Assembly: GCA_043814965.1 (NCBI GenBank)
Contig: JBDRJN010000015.1
Location: 1,503-65,502, forward strand
Length of the DNA: 64,000 nucleotides
Direction: 5' to 3'
From: Candidatus Omnitrophota bacterium
Lineage (GTDB): Bacteria; Omnitrophota; Gorgyraeia; Gorgyraeales; Gorgyraeaceae
Part shown: piece after piece, positions 47,701 to 56,557 of the stretch
How positions within the stretch are numbered: position 1 is the stretch's first letter
Layout of the letters: every line of letters starts with the position of its first letter
Program-made: the position numbers and the translations under genes
Notes under the pieces: model-generated
Databases searched by the model: none
The model's input: only the letters and a program-made list of their open reading frames with translations
What the model was told of the DNA's origin: nothing

Positions 47701-49144
47701 AGGATTAGACCAATATACTGTTGAGATATCAAAAGATGGATATAAGACTAAAGAAGGTAATAAGAGTTATAAAGATGACGATATGATTGTAGACCCAAAA
47801 CATGCTAAAGCAGACGGATTTAAAATATCAGGCCCTGATAAAGGCAATGTAACTCTTTATCCAGCTCCAAAATATACCATTTCCGGAACAGTAACAGATG
47901 ATAAAGAGGATGCTCTTGAAGAAGTTACAGTTATTGCAAAAGATAAAAACAATGAAACTTACTCAGATACTACTGGAAGTGACGGTACCTATACTATAGG
48001 GGACCTATCAGAGGGAGACTACACTGTTACTGCTGGTACATCGGAAGGCTACAAAAGTCCTGAATCAAAATCTGTTACGCTTGATGGAGATAAGGATAAT
48101 ATAAATTTCACATTTATTAAACTATCAACAATCAGCGGTAAAGTATTGGATACGTATGATAAAAAATCTATTTCTAATGCAATATTGGAGCTAAAGAGTA
48201 AAGATGCAGACTGGACCACAGGCACTACTTCAGGCAGTGATGGGTCATACGAACTTAGCAATGTTCCAAAAGGCGCGTATACCCTTACTGCCTCAAAGCC
48301 GAATTCGCCTTACTCCAAGGAAGACGTATCCATTGACCTCAATATAGAAGGCAATGTTACTCAGGATGTGCTACTTAAGGCCTTCATTGATTTTGATATC
48401 ATGATAACTGATAAAGAAACAGGTACTGCTATAATGGGGGCTAATGTTACAGTGGATGGTAAGCCTGTAGGTACTACTGATTCATTGGGCTTATGTAGAG
48501 CTAATGCAGAAAAAGGCGAGCACGAGCTGAGTGCTTCAAAAGATAACTATATATCTAATAGTATGTCTATAAAGATAATAGAGCCTGTTACTATAACAGC
48601 GCTTAAGCTTTTATCTAATGCTCCGCGTATATTCGGGAAGGTCCTGGATCCTGATGGAAATCCGATCGGAGGAGTTATGATTACTATCCGTACTCCTGAC
48701 AGGAAAGTGATACGTTGCGGCACTAATAGTAGTGGGCTTTATGACTCTGGTACCATGACTTTAAAAGGAAAATATCAGGTGATATTTACGCCGCTACAGA
48801 AATATTACAATAGAACATCAAAGGTATTAGAGATCAATGAACGCACGGAATTGAATGTTGATATCCCATGGAAAGAAACAAAAATGAGAATTGTAATACA
48901 AGATGAAGATGGAAAAAGGATTAGGCAAGATTTTACCCTTGAAGCAAACAGCAAAGAAGGATGGAAACTTAATGCTAATGGGAAAAGAGGTAATTATTTA
49001 GCTATAGTAAGATATGCAAAAGATGAAGATACTTTGTATACATTTAATGTAAAGGGTGTTGATGGGTATCAAGATGGAAAAAATACTTTATTAGGAAAAG
49101 ACATAAGGTTCTTTAGAACGCTTTACATAACTTTAGAGAAATAG
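41750..49144 (+). CDS. Giant secreted protein: degenerate S8 subtilase, VCBS and integrin-alpha-like FG-GAP propellers, carboxypeptidase-regulatory-like repeats
   Basis: Signal peptide; VIDSG / GQGTAIAG / GHALAAAHISG; about seven FG.SV...VGAP...GAAY repeats; C-terminal beta-sandwich repeats. Confidence 0.85.
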   Translation: MKTIIKNSKIFTIFIVTAMAFLIMSSHAFSYDPNDLFWYGNDMHPQQNKDNLNLYPDDYTPEGEPWREISYEYGYYDENRERDEYGRIEVDQYGFGYGHDNLPDDEPCYYLWPLRETERRGLNCPKAWDLWVRGKGIVTAVIDSGAYIDHPDLVQADGRSAILEYRPGEFAVKNFITGTTDVTDNLGQGTAIAGIIAAGMNNWGAQTGCIGVAPESKLMILKVIDHPTLNNDLNNTKSLEDLVEEAIYYAAGRRDDGSGVPPEHIADIINIGVRVNPTVGIKEALKYANSLGCIIVAPAGGDLAALDGVIGVGATYHDGTHLGEDKKTGTKIQGASVYAPGIEIVSLCPPRGSGEPGKPTFDELVKALPNRRQIFEFQRYDYGHYFHLMPYIQKEDGHALAAAHISGVIALIQEYKETIDKGDLWGVVKKYTPEEIETLLKFAAVEKGIPDIRKALDLVGSRAVIPIAKIVLDNKGSFRGTIDIKGILKGNPGSTYVLEYVNNDPSKGVQGVITDGSLASEEIKELYLGKLDTAKLEDGSYTLRLYLHTSIMALKDEVVININNSCLEGWPIVLKGAEGNYIGLSALGLGSPTIADLNNDSKKEVILIGNINERGIIDIRDYKGERFNCMPESKDEYAWKEYGPITASDGSSDDNFGISVFMDAQFAVVGAPKDGRGLYSGSAYILRNNYSSGWAEEKKLIPIDGAGGDRFGISVAGARLVTTERVIIGAGNSGGKGAAYIFRNDSKTWPQERKLIAPNGRPGDMFGKSVAMDITNFEFSMLGEHNRLRAVVGAPWSEGRSLQTGSVYIFVRDDFIWNPAPEQILTAEDGEERDEFGEAVSMYEDVILVGAPSKSNGKGAAYIYRYSLETRKWEYEQKLTITNGEDGDKFGCSVALEKDYAVIGAWGRNNDKGAVYVYKYDANMKTWGQEPEQVLELEGLSSQARFGNSVSITRDPSDENRTSDRIVVGSNSMEGKSNSVYVHKYYGSKWELEGALRPKDNEPSFGIYVSIYGQNIITSAVNKDVNKGAAYMFGYSKKEPEVKVFGWPKMNRLFHSKALAYDLDNDSDLEILAATGDEAYAWNIDGTGVAGWPFREGRYLSPITISDLDNDERPEIITAGVDENNIPTIYALNPDGTLKASIMRRAGDTLEFYSLNTPPSIADLDGKGAKEITTLSSYNGIGTPCVRVFSESGMLWKDKFDIAPANFGVTDNIEGADYIQNYLTQSMIGNVDNTKELEVIVTGYIVFYKTSSRLVEYPDQYTGDFVRCYRHDGEIKWTRFIESGKNNTTHDYNISSMGDIDEDGCADIVFISSNGNMYLLGGSDGSAIKKIVPKKETDQFHSSTVADSKIIAATKNNEIKLYDFKGDLIKVLSMQPGTINEGMMPFSLKSPALGDLDNDNKLDIVAPTYSLVEESFDKIYAFTLEESKYDPNTVEWGSYQNEGNTGLHNQTNYMALNIPNRTVSVGEEVNINFADHLSCFPVDMKVEFSAESELIPPGIVSAPSFIWTPLEENEGKTYPVIARAKEINGKLGTACTFNITVKTNRLAIHGMVYDGYLVGIEGMDVYLRELDSDGNVINSKSTYSWIDGSYKMTNFIKPGNKIQVRVPDLVIGGETIYTEATVTRDINEVNYVHSIDVYLKRAKDDKGYDILYSNLLGTVVDESGKTIGGATCTIKLGSNTITICSTKNSTSNVMYYWRDSSNNVQRKTVPQNFYIRGLKLETMYNISFEKEGYETVELSRASGREEYQMLLAPIVMKLVSGNDEKGETTQSEKTQRITGDIKGYAKSFIQAQEFTPSFFPISGIKMRAVKCRYNKEVKEEDAYSEITTTDEKGFYKFEGLVWDQVLNNDETVNKGKSDWYLITANYDRDNKVYPEYNSVTLDASGGVQLGSKITEPLLPNETQDFSFKPIDDGNNQYFVCFGRVLDSTTGADGLGLANITFKVNGLQGATSYSATTFTYTKESDYRNQYKIQGWFFIPAVPVVKGLDQYTVEISKDGYKTKEGNKSYKDDDMIVDPKHAKADGFKISGPDKGNVTLYPAPKYTISGTVTDDKEDALEEVTVIAKDKNNETYSDTTGSDGTYTIGDLSEGDYTVTAGTSEGYKSPESKSVTLDGDKDNINFTFIKLSTISGKVLDTYDKKSISNAILELKSKDADWTTGTTSGSDGSYELSNVPKGAYTLTASKPNSPYSKEDVSIDLNIEGNVTQDVLLKAFIDFDIMITDKETGTAIMGANVTVDGKPVGTTDSLGLCRANAEKGEHELSASKDNYISNSMSIKIIEPVTITALKLLSNAPRIFGKVLDPDGNPIGGVMITIRTPDRKVIRCGTNSSGLYDSGTMTLKGKYQVIFTPLQKYYNRTSKVLEINERTELNVDIPWKETKMRIVIQDEDGKRIRQDFTLEANSKEGWKLNANGKRGNYLAIVRYAKDEDTLYTFNVKGVDGYQDGKNTLLGKDIRFFRTLYITLEK

Positions 49145-49147
49145 CTG

Positions 49148-49270
49148 TTAGGGGAGCCTTAAGGCTCCCCTACAATGTGGATAATTAGAATATGGGGGAC
49201 GCGTTACAAAAACATACACTTTGGCGCCTGATCCGCGCTAGGGTGGCCTCCTTCAAATAACGCGTTCTCC
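49148..49270 (+). repeat. REP plus structured element, copy 1
   Basis: About 120 nt nearly identical to 52798-52927. Confidence 0.85.
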
Positions 49271-49273
49271 ACT

Positions 49274-49301
49274 TTGAAAAACGAATAAAATATGATATAA
49301 T
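49274..49301 (+). promoter_or_regulatory. Putative internal promoter
   Basis: TTGAAA-16-TATAAT with TG extension. Confidence 0.5.
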
Positions 49302-49369
49302 ATATCAATATTATATCGTTCAAAAATAGAGTAATATTAAACATGGTTTTTAACAAAAAGGAGGGTAAT

Positions 49370-52300
49370 ATGTATACTCTAACTAGGAATAAAAGGATGA
49401 TTTTAGGGGCAGGGGTTTTCCTGTTGCTTTTATCCGCTGTGCCAGCTATGGCAGTAGAAGGCGAATGGGAGAGAAAGCTTGAAGAGACACAGGTTATAGA
49501 TGGCGGCGGAGGCGGTTTTATTGGTTTAGGCCGCGGCATACCTCAGACAATCATCACTAGCACTATAGACATAAATCCTATTATAGTAAAAGATGTTGAC
49601 CTGGATGGTAGGGAGGAGATAGCTTTTACAGGCACACCTAGCAATAGCGGCCTGGGAAATAACCCTTCAGTTAACCTTTATTTACTAGATTCTAATGGAG
49701 ATAATTATATCCCGCCTGATGCGCCTTATGGTACAGTTAGCAAATGGCCTATAGAAAAAAAGGGAGGGGGGATAGTACCAGCGCTACACGATATCAATAA
49801 TGACAATATATCAGAAGTCATTGTTACAGGCGTAGATAATCAAGGCATCAGGATCTATGCTTACACCCCTGAAGGGAATATCTTATCAAAATATCCTAAA
49901 TTAATACCAGGGACAGCTTATTGTACAACTTATGGGACTTCTGTAGTGGCAGATATTGACCTTGATGAAAGGCCTGATCTGGTTATTACAGGAAGCTCAG
50001 CAAGGGGAGGTAATAAAGTCTATGCAGTTAATTTCGAAACAGGTAACTCTCTAGAAGGCTGGGAAGGCGGAAGGCCTTTACCTATAGGAGAAGAACTTGC
50101 ATCAAATATCTCCCCAGTCATAGCTGATATGGATGGAGATAAATACCCTGAGATAATTATAGGTACTTTTACGCATGGAGGAAAGGGGACTAACACTCCA
50201 AAGCTGCATATCTTAAGTCATGATGGAAAACTCACCACTATAACTGAGGGCCTTGAGTTATCCAAAAAATTGAAAACAGATCTAAACATTAAAGATGGGG
50301 ATAGGTTTTTTGAAAAATCAGCCAATAGTTTTGGTTTTATGACCTCTCCTGCAGTAATGGATGTAAATGGTAAAAAGTTTATAGCAGCGGTTGCTACTTA
50401 CATAAAGCCTATTGATAAAAATGAAAGAGAGATAGGTTCGATACTATATATCCTGGATGAAAAAGGATATTGCTATCCTGGAGAGTTGGTGAATTTTGAT
50501 ACATATTTTTATCCAACGCCTTATGCGTATCCAAGCGTTACTATAGGTGAAGTGACAAAGGAGAAGAGACCTTATATAGTCATTACTTGTAATGGCAAGA
50601 TATCCATGTTTTATGATTTTGGCGGAAAGATCGGCGATGATATACCAGCCCATCCTATTGGTGGCGGGCACTTTGCTGCAGTACTGGGAAGCGATAATAA
50701 GATAGCTACATTGACTTTTAATGGCTATGTAGCTTGCTATGACGCTGTAACAGGGCTTATGGAAAATAATTTTCCTAAGAAAATGGCAGTAGATACTCCT
50801 CGTTCTAACGGCCTGCCATATCTAGCATTATTAAGGAATATGGATAGCCGCAGCGATGTCATAATAGCTCCTTCATATGGCAATAGCTCTACGCCTAGTG
50901 GAGTTGTATATGCATTTAAGACTAGTGCCAGTGGAGGCTTATTAGGATTTGGCTCGGGCATGAAAGAGGATAATAGGCAATGGCCTATGATAAATCTGAA
51001 CCCAGTAAATACAAGATATGAATCAGCAGGTAGTAGCGGCATGGACATTATGCTTACGCCGCCTCCTCCTGTAAAGGAGCCGATAGATATCAGCGGTAAA
51101 GTAAAGGCAAACACACCTTATTATAAGGGGCATGAGTTTCATTTAGAAGGGATAATAGTTCGCGCGGCTGGTTACTATGATGACAGTATAAAACATGAAA
51201 CTACAACTGCTGCTGACGGGTCTTATAAATTTGAGGGCTTAGAAACTACAGATTATACTGTTGTTGCTAATCCTGAGGGAAAATATGGCTATAAAAGTGA
51301 ATCAAGAGCCCCGGTAGGAAATGATAACAATGTGAACTTCTCACTTTCTCCAAAAGAAGGCTTTTTTGTCCTTTATGGCCAAGTCGTAGATGCAAAATCC
51401 AGAGAAGGTATCGATGGCGTAACAGTGGATACGACCGTTAAAGGTGGGTCTTATTCTGCAGTTACAGCTGATGAAGGGTATTATTTAATATCAGAGATAC
51501 CTCGCGGAGAAGATACATATGCAGTCAACGCCTCAAAGGATGGCTATGTAGGCAAGACACAAAGTATGCCAGGTCAGATCATGCAAGATTTTAATAGCAT
51601 GGAATTCAAGATATTAGAGGACAAGACCTATACTTATACTATTACTGGGATAACATATGATTCCAATAATAACACATTAAGCGGGGTAACTATTGGATTA
51701 GAGGGGAAAAGTGTAACTGCGACAACTCAAACAGATGGTAGTTATAGCCTTAGCGTGGAACTTGCAAACGGAGACTATTATATTACTGCTAAGAAAAATT
51801 ACTATGTTAATACTACCGGGAAGCAGCATATAGTGATAGCTGATGATAGTTATACTACTATTACAGCGGTTAATTTCAATTTTGCTTCAGAGACAGTCAA
51901 GGTATCGGGATACGTCAAGGAAAAAGATAGTAATACACCTTTAAAGAATGCTCTTATAACAGCTACTATCACTTTAAATGGCAGGACCGATACAAAGCAG
52001 ACTTATTCTAGTTTTCAAGCAAAGACACTCGGGTATTATGAATTTTCAAGCATTCCAAAAGGAGCTAATATCAGAGTTGTTGCTGGGCTGGATGGATATA
52101 ATGCCAGCGATCCTTTAAATGTAGGTGTAGTGGAGAATAAAAAACTACAGGATATCTTTCTTGAAAAGGGCAAGTATATTGTTAGCGGAAAGGTATGCAA
52201 AGAAGAAAACAATGAAGGCATCGCCAGCGCGGCCATTACTATTTATGTAGTCAAAGACAATAAGCGCAGTAAGTTTGATAGCTTGCGTTCTGGAAGCGGC

Positions 52301-52789
52301 GGGGCCTATTCAGTGAAACTGCCAGCAGGTGATTATATATTCAATGTCTCAGCTCCTAAGAATCTTAAACCTGAGCGCGCGCCTATAGAAAAGACAGTAA
52401 CCTCACCCGGCAATGGTAGTCTTACGCTGGATCTAAAGCTTAAAGAAGTTGAACCTGAAGTGCTCTATGATTCTCAAGGTAGAAGGTTATATACTACCAA
52501 TGGCGATGTTTATTATTACTACTATGACAGTAAAGGAAGAAAAATTCGTAAAAAGCATAGTTACTTTACTGTTAAATTCATAAACCAAACTACAAAAGAA
52601 GTATATAAAGCGGATATTAAAAGCAGTAATTACTATTCTATATTAGCACCAGAAGGCAAATATGATATAAAAATAAACGATCATTGGCAACGAAGTAAAG
52701 ATAAAAAAGCATGGCCATCTGTAATAACCGTAAACAAGGATAGAAAAGGTAGGATGGACTGGTATCTAGAGGTGCCGAAAACAGAATAA
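49370..52789 (+). CDS. Secreted FG-GAP/VCBS protein with carboxypeptidase-regulatory-like repeats (paralog of 37141)
   Basis: SD AAGGAGG before ATG 49370; signal peptide; FGFMTSP motif shared with the 1221-aa protein. Confidence 0.85.
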   Translation: MYTLTRNKRMILGAGVFLLLLSAVPAMAVEGEWERKLEETQVIDGGGGGFIGLGRGIPQTIITSTIDINPIIVKDVDLDGREEIAFTGTPSNSGLGNNPSVNLYLLDSNGDNYIPPDAPYGTVSKWPIEKKGGGIVPALHDINNDNISEVIVTGVDNQGIRIYAYTPEGNILSKYPKLIPGTAYCTTYGTSVVADIDLDERPDLVITGSSARGGNKVYAVNFETGNSLEGWEGGRPLPIGEELASNISPVIADMDGDKYPEIIIGTFTHGGKGTNTPKLHILSHDGKLTTITEGLELSKKLKTDLNIKDGDRFFEKSANSFGFMTSPAVMDVNGKKFIAAVATYIKPIDKNEREIGSILYILDEKGYCYPGELVNFDTYFYPTPYAYPSVTIGEVTKEKRPYIVITCNGKISMFYDFGGKIGDDIPAHPIGGGHFAAVLGSDNKIATLTFNGYVACYDAVTGLMENNFPKKMAVDTPRSNGLPYLALLRNMDSRSDVIIAPSYGNSSTPSGVVYAFKTSASGGLLGFGSGMKEDNRQWPMINLNPVNTRYESAGSSGMDIMLTPPPPVKEPIDISGKVKANTPYYKGHEFHLEGIIVRAAGYYDDSIKHETTTAADGSYKFEGLETTDYTVVANPEGKYGYKSESRAPVGNDNNVNFSLSPKEGFFVLYGQVVDAKSREGIDGVTVDTTVKGGSYSAVTADEGYYLISEIPRGEDTYAVNASKDGYVGKTQSMPGQIMQDFNSMEFKILEDKTYTYTITGITYDSNNNTLSGVTIGLEGKSVTATTQTDGSYSLSVELANGDYYITAKKNYYVNTTGKQHIVIADDSYTTITAVNFNFASETVKVSGYVKEKDSNTPLKNALITATITLNGRTDTKQTYSSFQAKTLGYYEFSSIPKGANIRVVAGLDGYNASDPLNVGVVENKKLQDIFLEKGKYIVSGKVCKEENNEGIASAAITIYVVKDNKRSKFDSLRSGSGGAYSVKLPAGDYIFNVSAPKNLKPERAPIEKTVTSPGNGSLTLDLKLKEVEPEVLYDSQGRRLYTTNGDVYYYYYDSKGRKIRKKHSYFTVKFINQTTKEVYKADIKSSNYYSILAPEGKYDIKINDHWQRSKDKKAWPSVITVNKDRKGRMDWYLEVPKTE

Positions 52790-52797
52790 GTGTAGTA

Positions 52798-52927
52798 GTA
52801 GGGGAGCCTTAAGGCTCCCCTACAATGTGGATAACTAGAATATAGGGGGACGCGTTACAAAAACATACACTTTGGCGTCTGATCCGCGTCAAGGTGGCCT
52901 CCTTCAAATAACGCGCCCCCCTTTTTT
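52798..52927 (+). repeat. REP plus structured element, copy 2, ending in a terminator-like T-tract
   Basis: agggggacgcgtta/taacgcgcccccct outer stem followed by a T-tract. Confidence 0.85.
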
Positions 52928-53009
52928 ATCAATATTGAATTAATGCGTTTTAAGTTGTCATATTGGATATTTTGTGCTAAACTTTTTAAAAATAAGGTAG
53001 GTATTGTAT

Positions 53010-54722
53010 ATGGCTGATAAAGTCAACAAGAAGATATCGCGTCTAGGTGATAAATTAGTAGAAAAAGGCCTTATCACAGATGACCAGCTAAAGCTAGCAC
53101 TTACTGAACAGAAAAAGACAGGGGATTTTCTGGGAAGCATATTGGTCGGCCTGGGGACTATCAGGGAAGAGGACCTCTATCTATCGCTCTCAGAGCAGTT
53201 AGATATCCCGTATATAAAGATAAAAGAATCCCGCATAGCAACTGACGCCCTAAGCAAGGTCTCTGCGAAGCTAGCATCCCAATATAAGATAATGCCAATA
53301 AAATTTGAGAAAAATGTCCTTACAGTAGCTGTCAGGGACCCTCTCAATATAAAGATGCTGGATGACCTGAAACTTATTTTAGGGTGTAATATTACTGCGG
53401 TCCTGGCATGCGAGACTGATATCCTCGAGGCTATCAAACGATACTACGGGATAGGAGCTGATACTATACAGGAGATGATGGATACTAAGCCAGCTGCTGA
53501 AGAGCCCGAGATAGTCATAGGAAAGACCGAGGATATACAAGATGTCTCAGGAGACGCATCTATAATAAGATTTGTAAATCAGATACTGATGCAGGCTATA
53601 AAAGACAAGGCCACTGATATACATATAGAACCCTATGAAAATGAGCTAAAGGTAAGATATAGGGTCGATGGCGTGTTATATGATATACCTATACCGCAGG
53701 ATATAAAGTATTTTGCTTCAAGTATCGCTTCCAGGATAAAAGTAATGTCAAACCTGGACATATCTGAAAAAAGGCTTCCTCAAGACGGCAGGGTAAAGAT
53801 AAAGATGGGAAGAGATGAGATGGACTTGAGGATCTCGACTTTACCAACACAATTTGGAGAGAGTGTCAATATAAGGCTGCTTACAGGGACGCAGTTTTAT
53901 AGCCTGGAAAAATTGGGCCTTTTTCCGGATGATATGAAGATAATAGAGCGGCTTATAAAGAAGCCTCACGGCATTATATTTACCACAGGGCCTACTGGAA
54001 GCGGCAAGACCACGACATTGTACTCGTGTATATCCAAGATAAATACAAATGACAAAAAGATCATAACCATAGAAGATCCTATAGAATACCAGCTTAAAGG
54101 AGTGACCCAGATACAGGTCAATCCAAAGACAGGCCTTACATTTGCCCAAGGCCTCAGGTCAATGCTGAGGCATGACCCTGATATTATGATGGTAGGTGAA
54201 GTAAGAGACTATGAGACAGCAGAGATCACTATAAGGGCAGCTTTGACAGGGCATCTTGTGTTCTCAACTATTCATACCAATGATGCGGCGGGAGGAGTGG
54301 CAAGGCTTCTCGATATAGGAGTGGAGCCGTATCTTGTCGCTAGTTCCGTAGATTGTTTTCTGGCGCAGCGCCTTGTAAGGGTGATATGCTCAAAATGTAA
54401 GACCAAGGTAAAGATAGATGAGTCTATTTTAAGGGATTTTGGAGCGGAGGAAAAAATAGATATGGTAGATGGTTTTATATATGAAGGAAAAGGCTGTGAA
54501 GAATGCAAGTTCAGCGGATATAAAGGAAGGACTGGCATATATGAGTTTTTAGCTATGGGCGAGGATATACGCAGCCTGGTCATTAAAAGAGCCCCTGCAA
54601 GCCAGATCAAGCAAAAAGCGCTGGAGCTCGGCATGCACACCCTTCGCATGGACGGATGGGAAAAAATAAAAAAAGGCATTACAACTATAAATGAAGTAAT
54701 AAGGGTTACAGGTCAGGATTAA
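53010..54722 (+). CDS. GspE/PilB-family secretion ATPase with MshEN domain
   Basis: RLGDKLVEKGLI...QLKLALTEQ; ATDIHIEP, RLPQDGR, GPTGSGKTTT, RHDPD, VGEVRD, CxxC pairs. Confidence 0.93.
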   Translation: MADKVNKKISRLGDKLVEKGLITDDQLKLALTEQKKTGDFLGSILVGLGTIREEDLYLSLSEQLDIPYIKIKESRIATDALSKVSAKLASQYKIMPIKFEKNVLTVAVRDPLNIKMLDDLKLILGCNITAVLACETDILEAIKRYYGIGADTIQEMMDTKPAAEEPEIVIGKTEDIQDVSGDASIIRFVNQILMQAIKDKATDIHIEPYENELKVRYRVDGVLYDIPIPQDIKYFASSIASRIKVMSNLDISEKRLPQDGRVKIKMGRDEMDLRISTLPTQFGESVNIRLLTGTQFYSLEKLGLFPDDMKIIERLIKKPHGIIFTTGPTGSGKTTTLYSCISKINTNDKKIITIEDPIEYQLKGVTQIQVNPKTGLTFAQGLRSMLRHDPDIMMVGEVRDYETAEITIRAALTGHLVFSTIHTNDAAGGVARLLDIGVEPYLVASSVDCFLAQRLVRVICSKCKTKVKIDESILRDFGAEEKIDMVDGFIYEGKGCEECKFSGYKGRTGIYEFLAMGEDIRSLVIKRAPASQIKQKALELGMHTLRMDGWEKIKKGITTINEVIRVTGQD

Positions 54723-54723
54723 T

Positions 54724-55926
54724 TTGAATAAAGAAATCACTAAGACAATAGTCATACCTCGCCATTTAGCATTCATAAGGTTTCTGGATATCCCTTCAGT
54801 GGATGATTCTGAGATAAAAGATGTATTAAGGTTCCAGGCCATAAAAGAACTGCCTTATCCCAAAGAGGACATAGTCATCGGTTATAAAAAACTAGGGTCC
54901 TATAAACAGGGAAGTATTTCTATCATGCTTGTGGTGGCTACCAAGGAGATACTGGAAGATGCTATAGAAAATGAAGCTCGGCTGGGAGCTGGCCAGGATT
55001 GCATAGTAAGGCTGTATACAGAGTTATTGTATGAGTTTTTATTAAAACAGAATGTCATAAAAGAGGACAAAGTAAATCTTGTTATCAATATAGGAGAGAA
55101 GTCTTCTGAGATAATTGTGATGGATAAAAAGCGCCTTATCGTCTCGAGGGGGTTTTCAGACAATAAGAGGCTGCTCGAGGAGATAAAGCATTCATTATTA
55201 GCATACAAAAGGGATAGATTGAACCCGCCTATAGAAAATATAATCATAAGGCGTTTTTTATCCAGAGACACGGAAGATATCAAACTCTACATCGAAGAAG
55301 AGTTCCAGGGTGTACCATTAGAGAGTTATGAATTTAAAAAAGACCTCGAGGCATTAGATTTTTCATTGGATATCAATCTTGCTCCAGAAGAGATAAGACA
55401 GAACCTGGAAAAGACCAAAAAAAAGAAAGAATCTATCATAATATATGGGCTTATCTTTGCTATAATAGCGCTGGTCTTTTCTTTGCTGAATTACAAGCTT
55501 TACGAAAAGAGAAAATTCATAGATATCCTTTCTGATAGATTGACGAAGCTTCAGACAAAGACGCATAATCTCAGCAAGCTCTCCAAAAAAACAGATTTTT
55601 TAAGCAAGCAGGAATTGGAAGGCCTTGTGATGGTGGATATCCTGGGTTACTCTGATAGGGCAGTGCCTTCCAGCATATTTTTATCAGGATTGGAATATGC
55701 GGGGAACAACGAAGTCTCTTACAGGGGGTTTGCGAAGGATACATCTTCTGTGCTTGACCTTGTCAGGATACTGGAGGATTCAGAATATTTCAACAAGGCT
55801 GAAGTCAAGTATGCCACCAAAAAAAGATATAGGGGCAAGGAGATAGTTGATTTCGACATACAGTGCCATATAGACATGGATAATGTCTCAAAGAAATACA
55901 ATATAGATATAATAAAGGAAAGATGA
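54724..55926 (+). CDS. PilM-PilN-like (GspL-like) alignment protein
   Basis: Actin-like N-part (INIG...SEIIV), INLAP then a TM helix, coiled coil and ferredoxin-like C-terminus. Confidence 0.65.
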   Translation: MNKEITKTIVIPRHLAFIRFLDIPSVDDSEIKDVLRFQAIKELPYPKEDIVIGYKKLGSYKQGSISIMLVVATKEILEDAIENEARLGAGQDCIVRLYTELLYEFLLKQNVIKEDKVNLVINIGEKSSEIIVMDKKRLIVSRGFSDNKRLLEEIKHSLLAYKRDRLNPPIENIIIRRFLSRDTEDIKLYIEEEFQGVPLESYEFKKDLEALDFSLDINLAPEEIRQNLEKTKKKKESIIIYGLIFAIIALVFSLLNYKLYEKRKFIDILSDRLTKLQTKTHNLSKLSKKTDFLSKQELEGLVMVDILGYSDRAVPSSIFLSGLEYAGNNEVSYRGFAKDTSSVLDLVRILEDSEYFNKAEVKYATKKRYRGKEIVDFDIQCHIDMDNVSKKYNIDIIKER

Positions 55927-56435
55927 TAAAGCTAAATATCTCAAAAAGAGAAAAAAACATACTGATCGTCACGATCGCGGTCGTATCCATGGTCCTGATA
56001 TACAATCTTGTGTTGGATGGTGTCTTTAAGAGTTGGGTAGGGTATAATAAAAAGATATCAGATGACATAAAAGACCTTGAAAAGAATATAGAGTTATTGA
56101 AAAACAGGAACCTTGTCATCAGGCACTACAATTCATATGTCTCCAATATCAATACCATGCCCAAGATACTCTCTATAATAGAACAAAATGCATCATCGTT
56201 GGGCATTACCACATCCAATATAAGGCCCAGGCCTGTCATAGATCATGGTATATGCAAGGAATATATAGTAGAGCTTCATATTGAGGGAGGGCTTGGCAGT
56301 ATAACCAAGCTTATGTCCCAGCTTATAGAGCATCCTGTCATCATAAGCATAAAGAAGTTTGAATTGAGAAGGACCGAGCAAGAGAGCTCTATTTTTAAAG
56401 GTATATTTGTCATGTCCAAAGCAGTCCTCCAGTAG
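55923..56435 (+). CDS. PilO/GspM-like protein
   Basis: SKREK + TM helix, coiled coil, G.LGSITKLM..L motif; follows the PilN-like gene. Confidence 0.65.
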   Translation: MIKLNISKREKNILIVTIAVVSMVLIYNLVLDGVFKSWVGYNKKISDDIKDLEKNIELLKNRNLVIRHYNSYVSNINTMPKILSIIEQNASSLGITTSNIRPRPVIDHGICKEYIVELHIEGGLGSITKLMSQLIEHPVIISIKKFELRRTEQESSIFKGIFVMSKAVLQ

Positions 56436-56492
56436 GCCCAAGTTTTTATTACCCATTATACGGCAAAAGTTAAGAAAAAAATCCAACCTGCC

Positions 56493-56542
56493 TTGACATA
56501 GGCTTTTTAGTAGAGTATACTTACTCTCTGAGTAGAGAGTAA
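56493..56542 (+). promoter_or_regulatory. Consensus promoter with operator-like palindrome
   Basis: TTGACA-17-TATACT immediately followed by ttactctct-gagt-agagagtaa. Confidence 0.7.
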
Positions 56543-56557
56543 GCTATTACTATCTAT

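Noticed and set aside
49176-49184. Perfect DnaA box TGTGGATAA (also at 52826) suggesting oriC
   Set aside because: One box per duplicated element, no box cluster and no dnaA context; likely part of the repeat
49272-49282. CTTTGAAAAAC as a fourth boxA-like site
   Set aside because: TTGAAA is better explained as the -35 of a promoter with TATAAT at 49296
36821-52823. Recurring 26-bp gtaggggagccttaaggctcccctac as a CRISPR repeat
   Set aside because: Copies are dispersed kilobases apart, have no regular spacers and no cas genes; they fit GTAG-type REPs
52809-52905. Minus-strand SD (GAAGGAGG) plus TTG opening a 27-aa peptide, as in a type I toxin
   Set aside because: The start codon is CTA in the other copy, and wobble patterns favour a + strand structure
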